Assembly (NCBI GenBank): GCA_951406725.2
Contig: OX597825.1
Span: 67,084,001 to 67,148,000, forward strand
DNA length: 64,000 nt
DNA from: Octopus vulgaris
Taxonomy: Eukaryota
Direction of reading: 5' to 3'
Position 1 is the stretch's first letter. Each line of letters begins with the position of its first letter. The notes beneath the pieces are model-generated. The model had not been told where the DNA came from. It did not search any database and was given only the letters and a program-made list of their open reading frames with translations. Position numbers and translations under genes: made by a program. Positions 13,666-27,299 of this stretch are shown one piece after another.

Positions 13666-15020
13666 TATAAAGCATTCGTTTCTTTTATATTGATTTCAAT
13701 TAATTGACGAAGTAGACACTGAGTAATTTTTTTCTGAATTGTATCTTAAATAGCAACTATTTTGTAAATTCATCTGGTTGCTAACATAATCACCCAACCA
13801 AATATTTGAGTCGATAATGTACAGGAGAATGAATTGCAACATCGGTAGTGCAAATATTCTTACAAGTGCAGCATTTTAGTCGATAGAAATGTAATTAAAT
13901 AAAAATGGTTGAATTAACCTAGCTGTATGTTGTTGTACAGCCCGAAGGTGCCTCTCGACATAATAACTAAAGTAATTTAGAATGACGGATGTTCCATCGA
14001 ATTACGGCGCAATTTTTACTTTTTGCAAAGGAATGTCTCTTGCTGTGAATAAATATTTGTCTCAAGAAAAGACAAATGGAAAATTGCAAAGGGCGACAGA
14101 ATTTCAGAAGCACTTAAATATAAAGAACTGGATGCTTCTCAATTTCGTACTAAGGTCTTATACAAACTTTGTCCAGCACCAACAAGACTGATAAGGAGTA
14201 ACATAATTGGCGCATCCTATGTTGGACATACCCTGAAGCCGGTTTTTAAAAGGACTTATACATACAACAACAGATCAACTCTAATTCACCAAAAAGGTTA
14301 CATCAAATGGTTACATCAAAAGGTATTTGACTAGAATGTCAAATACCTCAATTTAAGATGGCAGTATTCAAAGCTGGCTTCAACGCCCAAATTTTGCATT
14401 CAAAGTAAATGCCCAAATTTCGCTGTTCAAAGTCAAATGAAAATTAATATCATTCTAAAATTCGAGGTTTATGACTAGTGTATGAAATACATCCTAACTC
14501 TGATAACTCAAAGCAATAAAATCATGTAAGGGAGAGATCAAACCTTCCACCTGTATGTAATTTTAAAAGTATTATGCTCTGTGTATCCTGTTGCAAGCAG
14601 TTCACAAAGTTGCCAATGTGAAACTGACATCTCTAAAGAAACACATTAAAATGGAATCTGACTGAGATTTTGAGATGCTGAACAAAAGATAAAAAATTCA
14701 GGGACAAGAACAAAAAAACCACAACAACCTAAAACACTACTTCCAGTCACAACTATGTCATGAGATCCGCAACTATGAGAATTCTGTGACTATACTCTAA
14801 TCTTCTGCTTGTTAACTTGGAAGGATAATAAAATCTAAGAATATAGTGAAACATATATTTTGAATCACATATACACATTTATACATATGTATATATGCAT
14901 GCATGTCTGTTGTATGTATGTATGTATGTATGTATGTATGTATGTATGTATGTATGTATGTATGTATGTATGTATGTATGAACGTATGAATGTATGTATG
15001 TATATATGAATGTATGTATG

Positions 15021-15215
15021 TCGCCATGATAGATCGGTAGCCACTACACACATTTTTTTCTCTCCTTGATTCTTTATGTGTTCCTTTCTGTGGAAGAGCG
15101 TAGACTCGAAACGTAAAAGGCTTTTTCGATTCCTGATCGTTATACTAATACATCTGTTTGTTTTCTACACCACCTGTCTTCGTCTGTTGTTGTTTTCTTT
15201 CGTGAATTCTCCCCT
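15021..15215 (+). mobile_element. Family D short interspersed repeat with hammerhead-like motif
   Basis: Homologous to 34766-34952, 35075-35225, 48113-48210 and 51760-51958(-). Motif CCTTT-CTGTGGA-A-GAGC GTAG ACTC-GAAA-CG-TA-AAAGG at 15083-15120. Confidence 0.8.
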
Positions 15216-15352
15216 CGTGTATGTATGTATGTGTATGTGCGTGTTTGGGCGAGCGTGTTTTTGCGTTTAATATGTAGCCAAAAGAAACGAGGTAGTATTT
15301 ACGTGAAAGACTATGTGGTTACGTTTAATGAAAGAAAGAAAGAAAGAAATAC

Positions 15353-15418
<66 letters not shown>

Positions 15419-15845
15419 GGAAGCATTAATAAATAGCTAGCTAGTTTCAAGGTATATGTGCATCATATTGAATCAATTCCATTATGTGACTAGTTCATAT
15501 TTTATTGAAGGCTGATTGATGACTTGCAACGGAGATCTCAGAGGGATTTGAATTCGGTATGCAAATGGCCATACGACAAAATAAGCACTTACTCCTTCCA
15601 CCCCTACTCCTCTCCCTACTCATGCTAACATAATATTTATGACTATCAAAACCAGTTGAAAATCAGTACATATGAATTGATTTTCGTTCATTCTTCATAA
15701 TTGTCAATATGTTACAAGTAGATCAATTTTGAATATGGAGAAATGATGAAAATACTAATAGACACAGATTAATAGTATTTGTTTTGTTGTTTTCGCAGTG
15801 TCTGTGTGTTTCAATTAGGCGAGTTACATGTCATTGAATTAAATA

Positions 15846-16235
15846 GTGGAGGCGCAATGGCCCAGTGGTTAGAGCAGCGGACTCGCAGTCATAGGATCGC
15901 GGTTTCGATTCCCAGACCGGGCGTTGTGAGTGTTTATTGAGCGAAAACACCTAAAGCACCCACGAGGCTCCGGCAGGGGATGGTTGTGATCCCTGCTGTA
16001 CTCTTTCACCACAACTTTCTCTCACTCTTACTTCCTGTTTCTGTTGTACCTGTATTTCAAAGGGCCGGCCTTGTCACTCTCTGTGTCACGCTGAATATCC
16101 CCGAGAACTACATTAAGGGTACACGTGTATGTGGAGTGCTCAGCCACTTACACGTTAATTTCACGAGCAGGCTGTTCCATTGATTCGGATCAACCGGAAC
16201 CCTTGTCGTCGTAACCGACGGAGTGTTTCCCCATC
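15846..16235 (+). mobile_element. tRNA-derived SINE, family A, full length with 13-bp TSD
   Basis: Near-identical to 678-1065; TSD CATTGAATTAAAT at 15832-15844 and 16236-16248. Confidence 0.93.
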
Positions 16236-16674
16236 CATTGAATTAAATGTCTTAATATACTATTATTGTATTTCATAACGCCTATGACTTTAAAGGGGTT
16301 ACTTATCCTCAAAACAACGCCATTATTACTTATCTTCTTCACCCAATTTATATTATGCATCTACTTAAATATGCCCGTACTAAGTTAAATTGTGAGTCAG
16401 TTAAGTCGACACAGTTATGCAAAATTGTTTCAAGTGAACATGAAATGTAATGCGTTAAAGGTTACCCGGTTATGATTATATCATATACTTGTCAACATGG
16501 CATAGAGCCGTCAATATAAGAAATAGTTTTTTTTTTCTTTGAAAACGCCATTTTGCTAACGGACTTGCTTACAAAATTAACCGAGGAACAGTATAAATTC
16601 ATTTCTGGATATATTCTTTTTACAGTTAACAACATGCCATTTTGTTTTTAAGACATGATATAATTGAGAGTAGT

Positions 16675-17300
16675 TTACACAGTTGTCTCTATGTTACACA
16701 GTTGTCAAATACGTCAGATACTTGTTGAATATGTCAAACATAAGTTGATAGAAATACCGCACATTTCTCACGTAGTTTTCGGATGAGTTACATGTCACTC
16801 AGTTATGGAAAACAGCATACGTGCCAAATTTTACTTACAGATGTCACATATGCTATATAGTTGTCGAATGTAGTACAGTGATATCCAATATGACATACAG
16901 CTGTCAAATGTGTATTTTATAGATTTCAAAACGGTGAGAAATAAGTAAAGTATGACATAGAGCTGTCAAATATGTCATATAGTTGTCGAATTTGTAGAGT
17001 GACGTCAAATATGACACAAAGCTGTCAAAAGTGTCAAGGAGATATAGAAAATGTCAATGTCATATGTCACAAATTTATTATGTTCTATAACTGTCATATA
17101 GATCAAAGTGATGTTAAAAGAATACCAAATTGGTCACAATGGTTCACAGAGATGTAATTTGCGTCACACAGTTGTCAAATGTATTGAAAAAGTTAAAATG
17201 ATGTTAGATTTGTCAGATAGTTTTCAACAATGTTACTTAATTGTCAAGTAATACAGAAAGATATAAAGAATATCCCAAAGTATCAACATGTCGCAAAACA
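16675..17300 (+). repeat. Degenerate minisatellite, about 20-bp unit like ATGTCACACAGTTGTCAAAT
   Basis: Recurrent variants CACAGTTGTCAAAT, ATGACATACAGCTGTCAAAT, ATGTCATATAGTTGTCGAAT and ATGACACAAAGCTGTCAAAA. Confidence 0.65.
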
Positions 17301-17777
17301 GTAACTATAGAACGTAAAATGGCCTTATTAGACAATCAGTTATTTCGAGCATTCCACACATCAGTTAATCTCATTAAAAGCGAGAATTGCGACACAGTTT
17401 CAATCTCCGGTTAAAGATATTTCACTAGAATTCTATAATTGATACATTGCTAAAGTGCTGAAAGGTCACAATTTACTCTTTAATTTTCACCAAAAATACA
17501 GACATTCAGTGGAATTCAATATAGTTCAGTATAATATGTTATAAAACAAATTATACATTTTAAAATATGATTCTGACAATGACCTTTCCAAACTCCTGTA
17601 GTGAAGTTTATTTTTCTTCTTTGCGGAGTCGGTATAATTAGCATTAACTGTGTACAATAATCTATTGATTAAAGTACATCTCACCTATACATATTTGGAA
17701 TTTTGTAGCCGCTGGAAGAAAAATATCTCAATCAACGACTTTTGTTGATTTATTTATTCATTTATATATATGTTTAT

Positions 17778-18110
<333 letters not shown>

Positions 18111-18185
18111 GTCTTTGCACTGCTTCTAACGCTGGAGATGTACTATAGTATTAGCTGTTCACTACCAGTGAACCAAGGTAGCACC

Positions 18186-19262
18186 TCTCATTTTCGGCAA
18201 GGGATACGGAGTTCTGTGGAATGCCAATAACAGCCGAAGACATACAGGACGCGATGACGAGTTGCACAAGGGAGAATTCTCCGGAGTTGGGCGATCTGCT
18301 CTCTGAGCGTTATTTTCATATGCCAGTCTTCTTCGGAGACCTCTTGGCGGATGTCTACCACAACTAGTAGCAGAACGGGAGAAAACCCACTGCTGTGAGA
18401 CGTGGCGTGGTGATGCTGCCAAGAAAAGACCCACCCGAACAAGGAGTACCAATTAGATAATTATAGGCTCATAACTTTGTTGAACACAGATTATAAGATT
18501 TTGGATAAAGTGCTAAGATTTTGGGCAAAAAGTTTGGTGCTTTTCGTCGATCAACTGGTCGGTGACGCTCAGATATGCTCTATCCCGAACAGATCATAGA
18601 GAGAGTAGAGAAGGAACCTGGTAGGGGTGGGGCCCTGATCAATTTGGCTCAATCGAATGCTTTTGACAGGGCTGACCATTAATACTCGGAGGCTGTCTTC
18701 GCGGTGGCCGGTTTCGCTCCTGTTTTCAGAGGCTCGATCGCTACAATGCACAGCAACATCTGTTCAGTGGTCAAAGTAAACGGCCACATATCAGAATTGT
18801 TTAGTATCGTTCGTTCGGTCCGTTACAGGTACAGATTCTCTAACCTTTTGCACGTGCTGGCTCTGGAGCCATTACTAAGGAAGTTGGATATTTCGAGGGG
18901 CATTCCCTTCGTGTCAGCATATGCGGACGACCAGAAATCGAGGTGATCGGCAGTACTTTAAGGGAGTACGAAGCGATGACAGGAGCAAGCAGTAATCAGG
19001 ACAAACCGGTGGGCCTCTAGCTCGGCATCTGGAAAAAGGAGATCTATGTCAACCGACAGCGATGTAGGGCGCTGAATGGAAGGACCAGTTAAATTACTCA
19101 GGATCTGGTTTGGTCCGGGCCTCCAGGTGGACAAAAATTGGGGTAAGATGACGAGCAGGGTACCCAATTTCACTCAGAAATGGGCAGAAAGGAAGTTGTA
19201 CCTGAAAGGTCGGGCGGAGGTGGTGGATGTGTACATCTATTACTGCCTGACCGTCGTCCTTT
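18186..19262 (+). mobile_element. Decayed Tx1-like (L1 clade) LINE reverse-transcriptase fragment
   Basis: Frameshifted translation with stops gives RT motifs: LDNYRLITLLNTDYKILDKVL, NAFDRADH, VKVNGHISELFSIVRSVR..LALEPLLRKL, VSAYADD, then VKLLRIWFG..W..RKLYLKGRA. Confidence 0.88.
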
Positions 19263-19264
19263 GA

Positions 19265-19385
19265 GGACTCTGAGTTCGACTTTACCTTTCATCCTTCCGA
19301 TGTCAATGAAATAAGTACCAGTTGAGCACTGGGGTCGATGTCCCACGAAATTGCTGGTCCTGTGTCAAAATTTGAAACGATTAGT
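19265..19385 (+). mobile_element. Family B SINE 3' fragment
   Basis: TCGACTTTACCTTTCATCCTTCCGATGTCAATGAAATAAGTACCAGTTGAGCACTGGGGTCGATG. Confidence 0.75.
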
Positions 19386-20413
19386 GCTGTTGTAGTGAGG
19401 AAGGTGATCATTTTGAATGTAACTAGCGAGAACGCCTATTATATTACATACAATTGTGATCAATAACTTTACTGGAGATTTTAGCTTAAAGACGAGGCTA
19501 ATTTACTAGTCAGTTGCTTGTTGTAACAGTTTTTTTCGACCTTTAAAATATGAATTCACATCCTATAATATCATATTCTCTTCGTTTTACCGCCCACAAA
19601 ATGCTTCTGGCATTTGCCCTTGTAATTATACGGCAAAAAAACTGATTGTATATTCACGATAAAAATAATTCAAATGCAGTTGCAAAGAATGTGCAGGCTT
19701 TGTATTAAGTGCAAGTTTCATATTTGCGTTTTTATATGTTTAAATACTTGTTCTGAGGCCGTAATGATAAACGACACATTTCAGAATGCGTAGGAATGCA
19801 TATGATGATATCGATATTAATTTTTGAATTTAAAAATGGAGTCAAATATCCTATGATGTAAGAGAGAAAGTAATTACATTTTAGGAAAAAATACAATAAA
19901 TTGATTTTCTTTCTGAAAAATTAACAAAATTGCCTAAGATTCTGTCGGTGAAACGGGAAAAATAAAAACAGATAAACACACCCCGAATCGAATTCAAACC
20001 AAATAGCAGATAAAAGACATGTTTACTTAAAGATACTCGGAAAACACGAAAAGGAAAAAAACCTTCCGAAAACCTTTAATTGAAATATGAACTCGAGTTC
20101 ACTACCTAAAACTAAACAATATTTCATACATTCATATTTCGCCGAAACGGGAGTTCGTTTGTCTAATGCTCCATTATTATGAGATCTATTTTTTCCATGT
20201 ATTTTTTATCGTGAGTTTACCAACCATTTATCATTTCAGGCCATTTTGCTAATTCAGTATACCTTACATCACTTTTTATAAATATTTCAACACAAATCTT
20301 TTTTCATTTTTTCTCCAAATAATTTAAATTAAAATAACATATGTTACTCCGGGAATTTTATTATGAAAATATTCCGAATATTTTTGTTAGCAGAAATATT
20401 GCTTTCTGGTAAG

Positions 20414-21085
20414 TCGTCGAGCTGACAGAATCATTAGGGCGTCGGGTGAAATGCTTAGCAGTATTTCGTCTGTCTTTAAGTTCTGAGTTCAAATTCCGCC
20501 GAGGTCGACTTTGCCTTTCATCCTTTCGGGGTCGATAAATTAAGTACCAGTTACACACTGGGGTCGATGTAATCGAGTTAATCCCATTTTCTGTCTTTGT
20601 TTGTTCCCTCTATGTTTAGCCCCTTGTGGGCAATAAAGAAACAAGAATCATTAGCGCGTCGGGTGAAATGCTTAGCAGTATTTCGTCTGTCATTACGTTC
20701 TGAGTTCAAATTCCGCCGAGGTCGACTTTGCCTTTCATTCTTTCGGGGTCGATAAATTAAGTACTAGCTACGCACTGGGGTCTATGTAAACGACTTAATC
20801 CGTTTGTGTGTCCTTGTTTGTCCCCTCTATGTTTAGCTCCTTGTGGGCAGTAAATAAATAAGAATCGTTAGCGCGCTGGGCAAGGTGCTTATCGGCATTT
20901 CGTCCGCTGAGGTCGACTTCGCCTTTCTTTATTTCATGATCGATAAACTAATTATCAGTTGTGTACTGAGGTCACTGTAATCGACTAGTCCCCTCTCCAG
21001 TAACAAGTGAGTACTGTAGTTGATCTTATCGGCTTATCCACTCCCCCCGATATTGCTGGCCTTGTGGTAAAATGGGAAACCGATA
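20414..21085 (+). mobile_element. Head-to-tail array of three family B SINE units
   Basis: Units at about 20414-20644, 20645-20860 and 20861-21085. The second and third restart at AGAATC(A/G)TTAG; the third is degenerate. Confidence 0.85.
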
Positions 21086-21287
21086 TTACCCTCCAGCTTT
21101 TATGATTGTTTATTGTATTACACATTCATAAACATTTCAAGTCCTAAAATATATGTAAATAGCTACAGATTTTTCCTCAAAGGCAATAACAAATTTTATA
21201 TGGAAATACTTAAATAGGGAAGGAATCTCTGGAATAGTTTCACTGTTAAATACAGTTATTTATACTATTATTAAAAGTTTACTTTTC

Positions 21288-21502
21288 AGGCGACCAGCTG
21301 GTAGAATTGCCCGCGCCTGGCAAAATGTTTGCGGTATTTCGTCCGTTTTTACATTCTGAATTCAAATTCCGCTGAGGTCGACTTCATCTTTTATCCCTTT
21401 GGAATCGATAAATTAATTATCAGTTGTGTACTGAAGTCAATCTAATCGACTACTCCCCTCTCTCAAATTTCAGGCCTTGTGTCTATAGCAGAAAGTATTA
21501 TT
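21288..21502 (+). mobile_element. Family B SINE, short-tail subtype
   Basis: Same head and central domain; 3' end CCCCTCTCTCAAATTTCAGGCCTTGTGTCTATAGCAGAAAGTATT. Confidence 0.8.
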
Positions 21503-22334
21503 AAAACTCCGTTCAATCTCCCTTTGAGTACTTAAGTCTTGTAATCCTAAATATAAATATTTCTCATCACCTAAAATGTTTACTTGACACATTCATTAAA
21601 TGTAATATCAAATGATGTAGAGGAAAACAGGTGTGAATAAATGTAGGTTTTCTTTAGAATATACACACCACACAGGCAATATAATTTAGAGATTATGGCA
21701 CGCACCTACAATTCACAAGATAATTAGGAAAAAGGAACATTGATCGATTTTAAACGACTATTGAAATTGTGTGGAGGTTTCAGACTGCCAAGAGTGTAGT
21801 TTTAACTCTATGAAGATATTAGAATTTAAGGAAAAACTACTGCTGATAAACATTCGTTATGTACAACAGAAGCAGTTTGAATTCGCAATCTGTGTATCTT
21901 ACTTAATGTAGATACATTACAAGAAGCAATATTAAGTGACTTATATTAATCGCAGATTGCAATCGTCCAGCAGCAGTGGTGGTATTCCTTAACCATTATG
22001 TTTATTCGTGATTTAGTTTTGTGTTATTTAACCCTGTGCGTATCCAAGAAATATTATCAGGGGAAGATTGCCGCTGTTAATTTAGCTTTGATGGTGACTT
22101 ATATTAAGTAGGATACACAAATTGGTGTTCATAAACAATATTGTTTATAAACAAAGTTTCTTATAAACAATAAGAAATGTCTATATTAGTGTACGACTAT
22201 ACAAGATTAGAGAGTTAATAGCCGATGGAATGTAACACCACTACATGATTAATACATGCTTTATTTTTCTTCAAACATGAGCGGCAAATTCCATCACGCC
22301 AATATTCCGACACACACACACCAAAAAATGCATG

Positions 22335-22416
<82 letters not shown>

Positions 22417-22745
22417 CTTTTAAAGTTGTTTACGGGAAATGTTTCGAATATGCGAATAAATCTCCTATTCCATTATTCCGACCATAGTCTAATGATGCTG
22501 ATAGTGAATCAGCTTTTCGGAGTTCTGTTCAGCTGTACCGATATAAGGTAGGATAAATATATTAATAATAACAACAATCCTATAATGCTATATCCCCTTA
22601 CGAAATGAATCCATGAACATGATCCACCTGGTTCCCACAGATAGTAAGGACTACACTGTAATCATCTCACGAATACAGACAGTGATATTAAAAGACAAGT
22701 GATATGTGGAAACGCGCGTAGTGATACATTAAAATATCGCTAGAA

Positions 22746-22816
22746 GGTTCTATTATGTAATGGTTAGCACTCAGGATTCTGAAACCAGCGATCCGTGTTC
22801 ATGTCTCGGTAATCCT
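22746..22816 (+). pseudogene. tRNA-Gln(CTG) pseudogene
   Basis: GGTTCTATTATGTAATGGTTAGCACTCAGGATTCTGAAACCAGCGATCCGTGTTCATGTCTCGGTAATCCT aligns with eukaryotic tRNA-Gln-CTG. Acceptor stem, anticodon stem and T-loop are mutated; a T6 run follows at 22821-22826. Confidence 0.82.
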
Positions 22817-22876
22817 GAAATTTTTTAAAGGCAGTCTCCAGCGTGCCCGCAGTCAAATGGCTGAAAGAAGTAAAAG

Positions 22877-22924
<48 letters not shown>

Positions 22925-23039
22925 TCAGTATAAATATTGTTTGATTTCAATCCATATTATCAGAGTAATGACAATTTTACATCGACTTGATATAAAAGCA
23001 AGTTGTAAGTTTACCTTGTCCTTATTCTTAGTGCAAGTT

Positions 23040-23688
23040 TTGAGGACTACATTTCTCTATAAAAATGTCAAGCGTCAAAGACAAGACAGTGGGTAGCGAA
23101 AGGAGAAAGACCGGCACCACAGGCTAAAGAAGGTCTTAACCCACATAAGGTGTTATACATTTGGTGTGGTATAAAAGGTTTAGTCCACTTTTAACTTTTA
23201 AGCCAAAACCAAACGATAAAAAAGATCTACTGCTAGCAGCTTGTTTCGCTTAAGTCAGCGCTAGAAGAAAACGACCATCTTTGTTTTCAAGACGAAAGGT
23301 GTTCTTCCATCAGTTAATGCTCAGCCACATTCAGCGAGGGTGACATTTCAAAGACTGGATCGGTTTGAATGGGAAACGATTCCCCACCCTCCATATTCGC
23401 CGGACATTGCCCCATCTGATTATCGTTTATTCTGCAGTCGTCAAAATCATTTGGACGTAAAAAAATATGAATTCAGTAGACGAGGTCAGAAGTGAACTGG
23501 GGGAGTATTTTTCGTCACGGACAAGTGGATTTTGGAAGCAGAGCCTTGCAAGTCTACCGGATAGATGGAAGAGCATTGTAGAAATAGAAAGAGGGTATCC
23601 TTTAGATTAAAAAAGAACTTTGTTTACCTAATTTTAAGAATATAAGAGAAGTATAAAAGAACAGCATTATTTATGGGATAACCCAATA
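23040..23688 (+). mobile_element. Decayed mariner transposon, 3' portion with right TIR
   Basis: Translation FEWETIPHPPYSPDIAPSDYRLF..LPDRWKSIVE (mariner YSPDxAPxD motif) with stops and frameshifts. Ends TTATGGGATAACCCAA-TA. Confidence 0.9.
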
Positions 23689-25074
23689 TACACACACACA
23701 TATTACACATACATAGCCACAAACATACCTACATACATACACCATTCATTCATATATATATACAACCATACAATATTCGCTTATGTGCGTGTGTGTGAGT
23801 GCGTGTGTGTGTGCGTTTGTGTGTGTGAGTGTGCGTGTGTTTATGACAGAAAATTGGTTCCACGCCGATATCTTTCATAGATGCATGAGAGGTTTGACTG
23901 ACTGCGTTCAATAAAAGATTCATTATCCCTTTAATGAGATTATCAGAGAATTTGTCTATCAACGATTTCATATATAGACCCAAGGTAGCTGTCGCATTAA
24001 CTATGACATTTAATTTCTAGATATGAAGAGCACACAATAGATTTATGTTTGAGGTTTTGTATATAAACATTATTCGAGATATATTCGTGCTCGCTCCTTT
24101 TACTTTATAAAATTCTACTAAATGCTCGACGCATTAAGCTACCATAATTTTGTTTTCATTAATAGGAAAATGTATTGAACAGTCTTTTGAAAAGTTGTAT
24201 GACAGATTTTCTCATAAATATCGATGGAAATATAAAACCCTAATCAAAAGCATACATTGGTAATACTTCATTTTGTGAAACGAGATAAAGTTAAATATCA
24301 GCTCTAATATGCGTCGCACACCTTGCAGTCGCATCATTAGAATTCTGCTATGGTTCCCGTTCTAAGAAAAAAAAAATTAAAAAACGGTATTTTCAAGCAC
24401 ATCAAAGGTGTAGATAGAAACTAGCATACAATATATTACAACATTTATATATTTACAGAAATGGTTTTATTGACTTGCTCAGTTTCCGTATCTAAATAAA
24501 ATGCGATGGTTTATATTTTCATTCATAAAGCATATAGATGGCTTTTTAAGTTTTCAGTCGTTATGAATACTGCTCAAGTAGATTAGATAGTCGAATAATA
24601 ACGGTTTTTTATACACAAAAGTTATATTTCACTACTGCCGTAGTTCGTTTGTAATTATTATGAAACTAGAACACAAGTCTCTTTGAGATGTTTACCCGAC
24701 GTGAAATATTATAGCTAGTGCTATTACATGTTTGCAAACGTATTATATATATTATAGACACTGGTATCATACTATAAATTATTTTAGTGGTTAAAAAACT
24801 CCATTAAATAGTGTAATTTCCCGTCGAAAATGTATAAGAAACTTGAATCAACGGCGATTATAACGGATTTACATACGATAACATATTACAAAAAGCTTTA
24901 GATCAACAGCAGTTAATTGCATGTTGTAGACAGGATAATAAAGCAGGATCGCAATATATTTTCAGTAACGGAAGACTTGTAATTCAGAGTATAGGAGTAT
25001 AGGAGAATATAAATTATACCAAGATTCAAAATATCCTTGAAGTACAAATATAAGTGTTCAGTGAGTCAAGTGAC

Positions 25075-25290
25075 TCCCGATTCATTCACAAGGCTGCGGC
25101 TATGCTTGGGCACAGCCTTGAAAAATTTTCGGTCGAATAGATCTCGTCCAGTTCTTTTATTTTTTCTAAACTTGGCATTTATTTTATAGGTTAGTTTTGC
25201 TAGACCACTAAGTTACGGGGGCCAAAACAAACCAACATCGGTTATCAAGCGGTAGTAGGAGGCAAACGCAGATGCGAAGTCACACACATT
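25075..25290 (-). mobile_element. Family C SINE 3' half, degenerate
   Basis: GCTGCGGCTATGCT..CTAAGTTACGGGG..AAACCAACATCGGTTATCAAGCGG matches the reverse complement of 54480-54660. Confidence 0.65.
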
Positions 25291-25510
25291 GGGAATGAGT
25301 ATAGGCACCTGAAAGTTGTACAGAAAGAGCAATACGATGGCGCGATAAGGAAGCTACGGTTCGAAGTGACGTGAAGAGTCTATGCTTCCGCCAGCCTATA
25401 AAACGATGTTGTCTAAGTTATTTCCGCTTGCGTTCTGTCAATTTCAACAAAATTAGTAATCGATCAAACAAGTACCACGTTGAAATACATATTCAGAAAT
25501 AGATACTAGA

Positions 25511-25743
25511 AGGCGGCACGCTGGCAGAAACGTTAGCACACAGGGCGAAATGCTTAGCGGTATTTCGTCTACAGTTACGTTCTGAATTCAAGTTCCGCCG
25601 AGGTCAACTTTGCCTTTCATCCTTTCTGGGTCGATTAAATAAGTACCAGTTACGCACTGGGGTCGATATAATCGACTTAATCCGTTTGTCTGTCCTTGTC
25701 TGTCCCCTCTGTATGTAGCCCCTTGTGGGCAGTAAAGAAATAA
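25511..25743 (+). mobile_element. Family B SINE, full length
   Basis: Full family B consensus; flanked by an imperfect TSD AGAAATAGATACTA / AGAAATATATACTA. Confidence 0.9.
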
Positions 25744-26125
25744 GAAATATATACTAAAACATTTAAGCCTGTACTACAGCATTTTCACTGTGCAGTGACT
25801 TGAAACCAGTAAAAAATAATCAAAGAATATATCTATGTAGAAAATGCGTTACCTATCAATGTACAAGTCCTTCTAATAATCAGACGATAATGGGAATTTT
25901 CAGATTTTGGTGAAGCCAAACTTAGGCTCCTCGTTATTTACAACAGCTCATAAATACCTTCGAAGTGAACACGAATTAAAATCCTATTATATGTTTATCC
26001 TTTGATCTCCGCGTTAACTCTAGTCAAGAAGAATTATTTTCCTAATTACTGAAGCCATTAACATTCCTCCATTTTTCTCTAATGCTGTTCAAAGGACTAC
26101 ATTTTCTAATCTCTCCTCTATTTAA

Positions 26126-26300
26126 AGTGGCGAGCTAGCAAAACTGTTTTCAGAACGGAGAATATGCATATCGGCATTTTGTCCGTCTTTAGGTTTTGAT
26201 TTGAAATTCAACCGAGATCGGCTCTGCCTTTTATCCTTTGAGTCGATAAAATAAGTACCAGTCAAGATATAATTGACTTACCCCTCCCCTCAAAAACTGC
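26126..26300 (+). mobile_element. Degenerate family B SINE
   Basis: GGCGAGCTAGCA head and GCCTTTTATCCTTTGAGTCGATAAAATAAGTACCAG. Confidence 0.7.
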
Positions 26301-27299
26301 TGATTAACGTGAAAATTTGATGAATGGTTTTAATTCTTGAATATGATACAAGAAAAGTTGTATCATGAAACCAAGTGTGGTCACAAGCAGGTTGGTATTA
26401 AAAGAGAATTCTAAAATATTTTTGAGTGATATTTGACTGTTATTTCTAGTAAGCAGAACAATCACGTAGTAGCTCCCTTGTTGGATCGAAGAACAATGAT
26501 TGTGTGTAATAAGAAACAATCTCATTGAAAATCAAGATTGAATGCCTATCTAATGATATCAAAAGGAGGATTTTGACAATTATTCTGTCAGAATCTTTCT
26601 CAGATACATCCGAACATATAAAAAAAAATGTTCTGAAAGATAATTTGGCTTAAACCTTTGATCTATTTAAATCTTTTCATGTGTATCTGTTCGAAAACTT
26701 TTTTCATTGATTACAGCCTGAAATCGTTTATTCCGCTCCCACAATTGATGCAAACGTTCATAAGTGTTTCTCTGATTTAGACAAAACACTGCATGTTATC
26801 CGGTATGGATCTACAAAGACATGAGATACCCCATCAAATTTCATCACCAATAATCACTCTTCTAATTACGTGTTCATTTAATTAATGTTTACAATACTGG
26901 AAAGATAAAAGCAATTTAACAAAATATGCGAGTGATGTAAATGCTAGCTTTTTTAAGCTTGTTTAATATTTAAAGTACATAGGAAGAATAATTTCAAATT
27001 CATTTAACAATTTTGCTTAATATGGTTGTGTCTATGAGATACGCAATGTTATACACAGAATAAACAGATATATGGGGGACAAAAAGTCGGTCACAGAACA
27101 TCTAAACGATTGATCAAATTGCAACATATAATAGCAAAGCCCACTCTGATAATTGCACATCATCTTAGAAAACGAAGTCAACAGAATCAATAATTTTTCA
27201 TTTTCCTGAACACACACACACAGATTTATATAATACATACATACATACATATATACATACATACATACATAATGCATGCATGCATATATATCCTACTTC

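Noticed and set aside
25360-25405. TGACGTG plus TATAAAA promoter-like pair
   Set aside because: No downstream gene evidence; such short motifs are expected by chance in 64 kb.
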